A stretch of 64,000 nt of DNA from Squalus acanthias (Eukaryota). Location of the stretch: contig CM059435.1 in the NCBI GenBank assembly GCA_030390025.1, positions 101,122,001 to 101,186,000 of the forward strand. Direction: 5' to 3'. Positions 9,201 to 19,700 of this stretch are shown piece after piece. Under the pieces are notes generated by a model. That model did not search any database, was not told where the DNA came from, and saw only the letters and a list, made by a program, of their open reading frames with translations. How positions within the stretch are numbered: position 1 is the first letter of the stretch; every line of letters begins with the position of its first letter. The position numbers were made by a program, and so were the translations under genes.

Positions 9201-12200
9201 GTGGGAAGGAAACATTTTTGCTGCTTACCCAGGCAGGTCTATTGTACCTGTTAAACTATTGATTTTTGGGGTTATCTAGTGTTAAGTGGGTAGAATTCTA
9301 GCCCCAGTGACATAACGATCCTCCAGGTCCCATCAATGAGCCAGATTGGCTGGTCAATGGTCAACAGAATCCTGAAGTGCTGTGGACCTGCTTGGCCCAG
9401 GTACTGAATTACGCAGTCTGGCACATCCCACTTCCCATCGCCTCTTGCCTTTCTCCTCGATGAGGATAATCAATATTTGGTCATTGGACAACTGAAAAAT
9501 GTAGCTTTAGAGCAGGCACAGATACTTTTCCTAAGCGTCATAGAAAGCAGCACAACTCACCACAAATGCGAGAACGCATTGCCTGTAATGTCCCAACCAT
9601 AACAAAGACCAAACACGCCGAAAGTTCATGTGAAAATAATCCTGGATATGCTTAAAACAACCTGGTTAACATGACTGGAACCAGCAAAACAGTCATAGTT
9701 GATGTAAAAATGTTGAGATAAAATCAACATTTATATTTGCTAAAACGTTAAATTAAGACCAAAACATGTATGTGGAGTTTGAATTATTAACTAAGCAACC
9801 TTCAGTTACAAAAATCATATCTAAACTATATTGTAACAGCTATGATGCAATTGCAAACATGAGGGCATTTGCAGCTCTCTGTCGCAAGAAATCTTGTCAC
9901 AACCTCGTGCAGAAATCTAGTGTAAAACAATGTAACGTTGCAGGATATAGTTGCAGTCAATAATGGTCTATTGCTCTCTTCATTTCTTATCTCACTTGAA
10001 TTAAGACAGGATTAGACTTCGATGCTGTCGTCAGAGTCAATCTTTAGTTCAAGCTTGTGTGGAAATGCAGCGCGTACAACATTCCTGCTGATTGAGAAGA
10101 GCAGCTAACCTTTGAACCTACAGCTCCAGTTCCACCCAACTTCCTGACTTCGCAGGTCAATTTCAGTAATTCATTTGAAACTCAACCAATCAGAGATCTT
10201 TGTACAGGTGGGCCTTCAGTCAGGCTGTTGCTGTAAAATCTAAGCGTTTAAAAAAAATGTAATTGCAACAATTTAAATGGGTAACGGTATGGTTGGGTTA
10301 CTGATGAAGTCGAAGAATAAGAGAAATGTTAAATCCAGATGTTTGCTTTCGGCCGAAAGTTTCCGCGAAACAAACTTTATTCCTCTCTCAGAAACAGAAA
10401 GCGGAAACCTAGCTCCCAGAGTTTGCTTTAAAAGACGCCATGCGTTAAGTTAGAAATGCTGGGATTCGAAATGAGCTGCAGTTGTAGACAGCTGTTTCAT
10501 TTACTGATTGGAAAGAAAACGTTTCCCTCATTTCAAGCTGAAAACAGAATCGGTTTTATGTTTCATCATCTTGGGTTGAATGTGTCCATTCTATTTTATG
10601 CCACTGGCTCAGTAGAGTCGAATTAGAAACCTTGACATTTAATGAAGGACACTGTTGGAGATCAGATGTAGTGTTGCTAAATACAGACAGTCGTTTACCT
10701 TCTCTTTCTATAGATCCGATTCATTAATGCTTTGCCAGTGGGGAGCGGTGTTTTATGTTAATTAATAGCGCAGTATTAGCATTGCACTTGGTTCAGTGAC
10801 TAACCAGCTTAGCCATCAGTATGTCCAGAGTTAACCTGCTATGCTTTTTGTGGAACAAACCAAAATATATATTTACCGCTATTTGGTTTAATGTGGACTC
10901 AGGATGTCATAACACTGGAATGTTACCACGTCAGAGTAATAGAACCCAGGAGAATACACGTGGAAGTACAAGTCATATCCTTTTCATTCCAGGATTTAGT
11001 TAACAAATTCAAATGTTTACAGATGGTTCTTCCGGAATTAATAATAGTAACTACACAGAATGAGCTGTTTAAATTGTTAAGCACTTGACCAAGTTTGATA
11101 AGGTACCACATAATAGACTTGTTAGCAAAATTGAAGCCCATGGGATTAAAAGGGCAACGGCAGCATGGATACGAAATTGGCTAAGGGACTGAAAGCAAAG
11201 AGTAGTGGTGAACGGTTGTTTTCCAGACTGGAGGAAAGTATATGGTGGTGTTCCCCAGGGGTCAGTGTTAGGACCACCACAGGGCATAATTTCCAAATTA
11301 GTAGTGAAACTCAAAAATGTAGTAAACAGTGAGGAGGATAGTACCAGACATCAGGAGGACACAGACACACTGGTGAAATGGGCAGGCAGGAACAGAGAGA
11401 CCTGGGGGGTTTACATACACAAATCTTTGAAGGTGGCAGGACAAGTTGATAAGGCTGTTTAAAAAATCATTTGGGATCTTTGGCTTTATAAATGGCGGCA
11501 TAGAGTACAAAAGCAAGAAAGTTATGCTAAACCTTTATACATCACTGGTTAGGCCTTAGCTGGAGTATTGTGGCCAATTCTGGGCACCACACTTTAGGTA
11601 GGATGTCATGGGCTTGGAGATGGTGCAGAGGAGATTTACTAGAATGGTACCAGGGATGAAGTACTTCAGTTACTTGGAGAGCCTGGAGAAGCTGGGATCG
11701 TTCTCCTTAGAGCAGAGAAGGTTAAGGGTAAATTTAATAGAGGGGTTCAAAATCATGAAGGGTTTTGATAAAGTAAATAAGGAGAAACTGTTTCTACTGG
11801 CAGAAGGGTCAGTAAACCAGGTCATACAGATTTAAGAACATAAGAACCTAAGAAATAGGAGCAGGAGTAGGCCATTTGGCCCTTCGAGCCTGCTCCGCCA
11901 TTCAATAAGATCATGGCTGATCTTCTATCTCAACTCCATCTTCCCACACTATCCCCATATCCCTTAATTCCCTTCATTCCCAAATATTTATTGACCTCTG
12001 TCTTGAATATACTCAACGACTGAGTATCCACAGCTCACAACCCTTTGAGTGAAGAAATTTCTCCTCATCTCAGTCCTAAATGGCTGACCCCTTATTCTGA
12101 GACTGTGACCCCGTGTTCTAGATTCCCCAGCCAGGGGAAACATTTTCTCAGCATTAACCCTGTCAAGCCCCTTAAGAATTTTATATGTTTCAATTAGATC

Positions 12201-12491
12201 ACCCCTCATTCTTCTATACTCCAGGGAATATAGGCCTAGTCTACTCAATCTCTCCTCATAGGGCAATCCCCTCATCCCAGGAACCAGTCTAGTGAACCTT
12301 TGTTGCACCCCCTTTAAGGTAAGTATGTCTTTCCTTAGGTAAGGAGACCAGAACTGTACACAGTATTCCAGGTGTGGCCTTACCAATGCCCTATATAATT
12401 GTATGATGTGGAGATGCCGGCGTTGGACTGGGGTGGACAAAAATGAGAAGTCGCACAACACCAGGTTATAGTCCAACAGATTTATTTAATT

Positions 12492-12529
12492 TTACAAGCT
12501 TTCGGAGCTATCGCTCCTTCGTCAGGTAA
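12492..12529 (-). ncRNA. Minimal hammerhead ribozyme (B left arm)
   Basis: Reverse strand: UUAC CUGACGA A GGAGC-gaua-GCUCC GAAA GC UU GUAA. Confidence 0.8.
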
Positions 12530-13249
12530 GTTAGCAATGAGAGAATCTCCCAGAATTCACAATTTAAACCCAGACAAAATCTATTCACATTATTCGCTAC
12601 AACAAAGAGCACAGCCAAGACAATGAGATGTGTCCCAGGGGGTCCAGCGTGTCAAACCACCTGCTGGCTGCATATCCTGTCAATTTGTGTTCTTGTGTTT
12701 TTTAAAAAAAAAACAAAAAAAAACAAAAAAAACACCTGGGAAGACCGGCCATGATGTCAAGTCACGTTCTGTATCGTGACATGAACCCTAACGGACACCG
12801 CGCAACAATCGCCAGGCAGGAGGATTGCCTCCCAGTCGGGGAACACTTCAGCAGCCAGGGGCATTCAGCCTCGGATCTGCGGGTAAGCGTTCTCCAAGGC
12901 GGCCTTCGAGATACACGACAGCGCAAAATCATAGAGCAGAAACTGATAGCCAAGTTCCGCACTCATGAGGATGGCCTCAATCGCGATATCGGGTTCATGT
13001 CACGATACAGAACGTGACTTGACATCATGGCCGGTCTTCCCAGGTGTTTTTTTTGTTTTTTTTTGTTTTTTTTTTAAAAAACACAAGAACACAAATTGAC
13101 AGGATATGCAGCCAGCAGGTGGTTTGACACGCTGGACCCCCTGGGACACATCTCATTGTCTTGGCTGTGCTCTTTGTTGTAGCGAATAATGTGAATAGAT
13201 TTTGTCTGGGTTTAAATTGTGAATTCTGGGAGATTCTCTTATTGCTAAC

Positions 13250-13287
13250 TTACCTGACGAAGGAGCGATAGCTCCGAAAGCTTGTAA
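13250..13287 (+). ncRNA. Minimal hammerhead ribozyme (B right arm)
   Basis: ttac ctgacga a ggagc gata gctcc gaaa gc tt gtaa. Confidence 0.8.
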
Positions 13288-15377
13288 AATTAAATAAATC
13301 TGTTGGACTATAACCTGGTGTTGTGCGACTTCTCATTTCTATATAATTGTAGTAAGACTTCTTTGCTCTTGTACTCTAATCCCTTTGTAACAAAAGCTAA
13401 CATACCATTTGCTCTCCTAATTGCTTGCTGTACCTGCATGTTAACTTTCTGTGATTCATATACAAGGACATCCAGATCCCTCTGAATGCAAACATTTCCC
13501 AATCTCTCAATATTCAAAAAATATTCTGATTTTTTGTTTTTCCAACCAAAGTGGATAACTTCACACTTCCCCACATTGTATTCCATTTGCAATGTTTTTG
13601 TCCACTCCGTCAACCTGTCTATATCTCTTTGCAGCCTCTTTGTGTCCTCCTCACAGCTTACTTTCCCACCTAACTTTGTATCATCAGCAAACTTGGATAT
13701 GTTACACTCAGTCCCTTCATCTAAATCATTAATATAGATTGTAAATAGCTGAGACCCAAGCACTGATCCTTGCGGTACCCCACTAGTTACAGCCTGCCAA
13801 CCTGAAAAAGTCCTGTTTATTCCTACTCTCTATTTTCTGGTAATTTAAGGTAATTGGCAGAAGAACCAGAGGATTACATTACATAGGATTACATAAGATA
13901 TACAGCACAGAAACAGGCCATTTGGCCCAACCAGTCCATGCCGGCGTTTAAGCTCCACTTGAGCCTCCTCCCGTCTTTCCTCATCAAAATCTATCAGCAT
14001 AATCTATTCCCTTCTCCCTCATATGCTTGTCTAGCCTCCCCTTAAATGCATCTTCAACCACTCCCTGTGGTAGCGAGTTCCACATTCTCACCACTCTTTG
14101 GGTAAAGAAGTTTCTTCTGAATTCCCTATTGGATTTCTTGGTGACTATCTTATATTGATGGCCTCTAGTTATGTTCTTCCCCACAAGTGGAAACATTCTC
14201 TCTGTATCCACTCTATCAAAACCTTTCATAATTTTAAAGACCTCTATTAGGTCACCCATCAGCCTTCTTTTTTCAAGAGAAAAGTGACCCATCCTGTTCA
14301 TCCTTTCCTGATATGTATACCCTTGCATTTCTGGTATCATCCTTGTAAATCTTCTCTGCACCCTCTCCAGTGCCTCTATATCCTTTTTATAATATGGCAA
14401 CCAGAACTGCATGCAGTACTCTAAGTGTGGTCTAACCAAGGTTCGATAGAGGTTTAGCATAACTTCCCTACTTTTCAATTTTATACCCCTAGAAATAAAC
14501 TCTAGTGCTTGGTTTGCTTTTTTTATGGCCTTGCTAACCTGTGTCACTACTTTTAGTGATTTGTGTATTTGTACTCCGAAATCCCTTTGTTCCTCTACCC
14601 CACCTAGACTCGCACCCTCCAAGTAATAAGTGACCTCCCTATTCTTCCTACCCAAATGTACTACCTCACATTTATCTGTGTTGAATTTCATTTGCCAATT
14701 ATATGCCCATTCTGCAAGTTTATTAATGTCTTCCTGTAATTTGTTGCAGTCCTCCTCAATATTGACTAACCACCCCCCCCCCCCCACCAATTTGGTGTCA
14801 TCCGCAAATTTAGAAATTGTGTTTTTGATTCCAAAGTCTAAATCATTAATGGAAATTGTGAACAACAGTGGTCCCAGCACTGATCCTTGTGGAACACCAC
14901 TACCCACCTTCTGCCACTGTGAATAGCTACCCTTTACCCCGACTCTGCGCTTTCTGTCTTGAAGCCAGCTAGCTACTTGTCCCCTGACTCCGCATTCTCT
15001 GACCTTGCTCATCAGTGTATTATGGAGTACCTTATTGAAGGCCTTTTGAAAATCTAGATAAATTACATCTACTGCATTGCCATTGTCTACTCTCTCTGTT
15101 ACCTCTTCAACAAATTCAATTAGGTTGGTCAAGCAAGACTTTCCCTTTTGAAATCCATGCTGAATATTCCTTATATTTTTGGTTTCTAGATGTTCTTCTA
15201 TTTTCTCCTTTAGTAGGGATTCCATTATTATTCCTACCACCGATGTTAAGCTGACTGGTCTATAATTCCCTGGACAAGTTCTATCCCCCTTCTTGAATAT
15301 AGGTATTACGTTAAATAAAAACAGAAAATGCTGGAGATACTCAGCAGGTCAGGCAGCATCTGTGAAGAGAGAAACAG

Positions 15378-15414
15378 AGTTAACATTTCAGGTTGATGAC
15401 CTTTCGTCAGAACT
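15378..15414 (-). ncRNA. Minimal hammerhead ribozyme (C left arm, two substitutions)
   Basis: Reverse strand: AGUU CUGACGA A AGGUC-auc-AACCU GAAA UG UU AACU. Confidence 0.65.
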
Positions 15415-16674
15415 GGAAAAAAGCAGGAAATGGAACAGATTTTTAAGCACGTGTAGGAGCTGGGAAAGGGGGGAGGGGATGAAAGAACAAAAGGGAAGGT
15501 CTGTGATAGGATAGAAGGCAGGAGAGGTTAAGAGACATTAAGAGACATTAAGAGATATTCAAGGCAAAAGGAGATGGTAATGGGACAGGTTAAGAAACAA
15601 AAGATGGCTCTAGATGAAGTGTAAATTGCGCTGGCAGAATGAAAGACAGCTGCCATGTGGGAGAGAAGAAAAGAAAACACAAACAAACAAAAAAAAAGTG
15701 TGGAAAAAAATATACATGATAGAGGCCAAGGTTATGATCTGAAATTGTTGAACTCTATGTTGAGTCCAGAAGGCTGTAAAGTGCCTAATCAAAAGATGAG
15801 GTGCTGTTCCTCGAGCTTACGTGGAACAATGTAAGAGGCCTAGGATGGTGAAGTCTGAGTGGGAGTGGAGCGGAGAATTAAAGTGACAGGCGACCGGAAG
15901 CTCGGGGTCCCCCTTACGGACTGAACAGAGGTGTTTCGCAAAGCGGTCACCCAATCTGCGTTTGGTCTCCCCAATGTAGAGGAGACCGCATCGTGAGCAG
16001 CAAATACAGTATACTAAATTGCAAGAAGTACAAGTAAATCGCTGTTTCACCTGGAAGGGGTGTTTGGGGCCCTGGACAGTGGGAAGGGGGGAGGTATAAG
16101 GGCATGTGTTGCATCTCCTGCGCTTGTACGGGAAGGTGCCGGGTGAAGGGGAAGGGTTGTTGGGGGTGATAGAGGAGTGGATTTACTCCGAGCTTCCAGT
16201 CGCCTGTCACTTTAATTCTCCGCTCCACTCCCACTTGGACCTCACCATCCTTGGCCTCTTACATTGTTCCACTGAAGCTCAACGTAAGCTCGAGGAACAG
16301 CACCTCATCTTTCGATTAGGCACTTTACAGCCTTTTGGACTCAACATAGAGTTCAAAAATTTCAGATCATAACCTCGGCCCCTATCATGTATATATTTAT
16401 TTTACACTTTTTTTTTGTTTGTGTTTTCTTTTCTTCATTCCCACATGGCAGCTGTCTTTCATTCTGCCAGCGCAATTTACACTTCATCTAGAGCCATCTT
16501 TTGTTTCTTAACCATCTCCTTTTGCCTTGAATATCTCTTAATGTCTCTTAATGTCTCTTAACCTCTCCTGCCTTCTATCCTATCACAGACCTTCCCTTTT
16601 GTTCTTTCATCCCCTCCCCCCTTTCCCAGCTCCTACATGTGCTTAAAAATCTGTTCCATTTCCTGCTTTTTTCC

Positions 16675-16711
16675 AGTTCTGATGAAAGGTCATCGGCCTG
16701 AAACGTTAACT
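16675..16711 (+). ncRNA. Minimal hammerhead ribozyme (C right arm)
   Basis: agtt ctgatga a aggtc atc ggcct gaaa cg tt aact. Confidence 0.78.
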
Positions 16712-19700
16712 CTGTTTCTCTCTTCACAGATGCTGCCTGACCTGCTGAGTATCGCCAGCATTTTCTGTTTTTATTTCAGATTTCCAGCATCTGCTGTATT
16801 TTCTTTTTGTATAGGTATTACATTAGCTATCCACCAGTCTTCTGGCACTACACCTTTTTTGAACAAATTATTAAATATGTGTAGTAATGCCTCTGCTATC
16901 TCCTCCCTAGATTCTTTTAAAATGCGTGGATGCAATCCATTCGGACCAAGGGTTTTATCCTCTTTGAGTTTGATTAGTTTATTTAATATATCCCCTCTTT
17001 TTATTTTAAATGCACTTATCTCATTACTAATCTGATCATCCAATGTCATGTCCACCTGTTTTATCTCCCTGGTAAATACTGACGCAAAATAATTATTTAA
17101 TATTTCTGCCATCTCTCTATCATTACCTGTGGTATTATCCTGTCTATCCCTTAATGGCCCTATTCCCATCCCAACCTTCCTTTTTTTATTGATGTGCCTG
17201 TAAAATATTTTACTATTTTGTTTTATGTTCCTTGATAATTTAATTTCATAGTTCCTCTTTGCCTTCCTAATTGTTTTTTTGACTTCTCTCCTAATCTCTT
17301 CATATTCTCCCTTATCATGCTCTCCCCTGCTGTCCATGTGCTTAATGTATGCCTCTTTCATTGCCCTCAATTGTTCCCTTATGGCTTTATTCATCCATGG
17401 AGTGTCATTAGTGTTTAGTTTGTTCTTTCCTTTTAGTGGAATATATTGTTCCTGCACTCTGTTGAACACCATTTTAAATGTTTCCCATTGCTGTTCTACA
17501 TCGTTGTTTGCCAATATTGTTGCCCATTTTATTTTCCCAAGTTCTATTCTCAGCCCCTCAAAATCAGCTTTTCTCCAATCTATTAACCTAGTTTTTGTCA
17601 TACTTATGTCTTTCTCAATTATCATCTTAAAACATATTATATTATGGTCACTATTGCCTAGATATTCCCCTACTTTTACTTCTCTTATCTGCTCTGGTTC
17701 ATTCCCCATTACTAGATCCAATAGTAAATCCTCCTTTGTTGGGCTTTTTACATATTGGGTTAGAAAGGAGTCATGTACACATTGTAGGAACTACATTCCC
17801 TTATCCCCTTTACCTACCTCTTCTGTCCAATTAATATCGGGGTAGTTGAAATCACCCATGATTATTATTCTATGTTTTTTTACTCGTTTCCCTAATTTGT
17901 CTGCATATTTCATCCTCCACCTCCCTTCCACTATTAGGTGGTCTGTAGACTACACCTATTAATGTGATTGATCCTTTATTATCATTTATCTCTATCCATA
18001 TGGATTCTATTTCTGTCTTGCTGATAGCTGCATCACTTTTTCTACTGCCATTATGTTATCCCTAATAAGTACAGCTACTCCACCTCCCCTTTTTCCCTCT
18101 CTATCTTTTCTAAATATGTTATACCCTGCAATGTTTAATTCCCAGTCCTGATTTTTCTGTAGCCATGATTCAGTAATCCCTACTATGTCTGGTTCCTCAC
18201 AACGCATGATTGCCTGCAGCTCCCCTGTTTTATTATGGACACTGTGTGCATTGCTGTACAGATAGTTTAACTAATTTTTAATAAGATTTCCTCTCACTTT
18301 ACATTTAACCATCTTTTTATACTCCTGTTCTATAACTCTATTTATTTCCTGCCTATCAATATCCTCCCTTACTTTATTCTTTCCTATGCTCTCTTTTCCT
18401 GTTTTGTTTATATTTAGGCTGGTTACATTTCTTGTAGATCCCTCCCCCCATCTTACTAGTTTAAAGCCTTTGCCACCTCCCTATTTACCCTTTCCGCTAG
18501 GACACAGGTCCCATCCCGGTTCAGGTGGAGCCTGTCCCATCGGTACAGCTCCTTCCTGTCCCAGAACTGGTGCCAGTGTCCCATGAAAAGTAACCCCGCT
18601 TTCCCACACCAGCCCTTTAGCCACGTGTTAATTCTCCTGATCTGTCTGAGAGATGAGGAGAAATTTTTTGACTCAGCGAGTTGTTATGATCTGGAATACA
18701 CTGCATGAAAGGATGGTGGAAGCCGATTCAATAGCAACTTTCAAAAGGGAATAGGATAAATACTTGAAAAGGAAACATTTGCAGTGCTATGGGGAAAGAG
18801 TAGGGGAGTGCGACTAATTGGATAGCTCTTTCAAAGAGCCGGCACAGTCATGGTGGGCCGAATGGCCTCCTTCTGGGCTGTAAGATTCTTTGATTTTTAT
18901 GACCAGGATGAACTACATTCATTGTAGAAGCACGGGCATTATTCAGTATGTCCGAATGTAATTCGGGTGTACTTACATGAATAATTACAAAACTCGCAGT
19001 TAGAATAACAGCAATACCAATGGTAATGGATTAATCGCGTGAGTTTTATACAATTTGTTGCGGGTATTGATGTAAATATGATTGCAGCACATATTTATCT
19101 CCTCGTGATGCTTCCGATTGGGAGGTAAATCCAGCGTTAAGCCAGCAGTCAGATACTTCAATGCTCCTCAATTTGTTTACAGACCTTGTTCGGGAGACTC
19201 CCAAACTTTTCCTACAAGGGGCATGTGAACTTGTTTTCGTGCTTAATAGAGAACATATTTTGCAATATTTCACGATATTATCACAACAATGATTACTAGG
19301 TCGATTTTTAAATATTAAGTATAGAGATCTTCCTGTAAACACTTAAAAATTGCAAAGTGAAGGATATCTTAACTATTATCTATCCTTTCGAGAAAGGTCA
19401 GGCAAAACGTCAGGATGAGATGGCGTTATCTTCTGAAATCATTTAAAATTGTGTTCCCCCTATTTTCATTAGCAATAAATAGTAATTTCAGGTTACTGCA
19501 GTTTGGGGGAAATAAATGTATTGCAATTTAAATTGCTTTTGATAAACTGGTCGTTCCTATAGCAATTGTAATTTGAAAATGGCAGTCAGAACGGGAATGA
19601 CCAAATCATGCCCAATTCATCAAAAGTTCCCTTTCATAAATCATGAATTTAGTAACTTGCAATGTAATATTCCGGTGGCAGCGGCAGGGCCGAAGATCCA

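Larger units (their letters stand above)
12404..13338. mobile_element. Palindromic PLE-derived element B (family 1), tail on left
   Basis: Arms about 12440-12788 and 12991-13338. Loop and right arm encode the GIY-YIG C-terminus (NGHRATIARQEDCLPVGEHF...EQKLIAKFRTHEDGLNRD, stop 13017). TSD ctatataattgta at 12391-12403 and 13339-13351. Confidence 0.92.
11837..13842 (-). mobile_element. CR1-b, 5'-truncated, nested in CR1-a and interrupted by PLE palindrome B
   Basis: ORFs 13308-13763 and 11988-12476 carry YINDLDEG/SKFADDTKL/LYRALVRPHLEYCVQFW; tail aagaacataagaa; TSD atttaag at 11830-11836 and 13843-13849. Confidence 0.92.
15314..16809. mobile_element. Palindromic PLE-derived element C (family 2), tail on right
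   Basis: Arms about 15314-15908 and 16185-16776. Minus strand encodes a Cys-rich linker (CKRRRCNTC) and GIY-YIG domain (NLVYCICCSRCGLLYIGETKRRLGDRF...GLNIEFNNF). 16-bp TSD tataggtattac(g/a)tta at 15298-15313 and 16810-16825. Confidence 0.92.
13873..18646 (-). mobile_element. CR1-c: ORF1 esterase C-terminus + near-complete, frameshifted ORF2 (APE endonuclease-RT); interrupted by PLE palindrome C
   Basis: GHWHQFWDRKELYRWDRLHLNRDG (about 18500-18590, SGNH esterase DxxH); DIVGITESWL; GNSDHN; 418-aa RT ORF 13984-15240; 3' tail at left. Confidence 0.94.
11090..18902 (+). mobile_element. Host CR1 copy (CR1-a) in three pieces: about 11090-11836, 13850-13872, 18647-18902
   Basis: RT motifs ([11 protein letters not shown]; QRRFTRMVPG). 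The sequence resumes colinearly after each nested insert and ends in the CR1 tail gggccgaatggcctccttct... Confidence 0.85.

Noticed and set aside
13984-15240. 418-aa and 390-aa (31497-32669) ORFs as host genes or active LINEs
   Set aside because: CR1 RT fragments in truncated, frameshifted, interrupted copies
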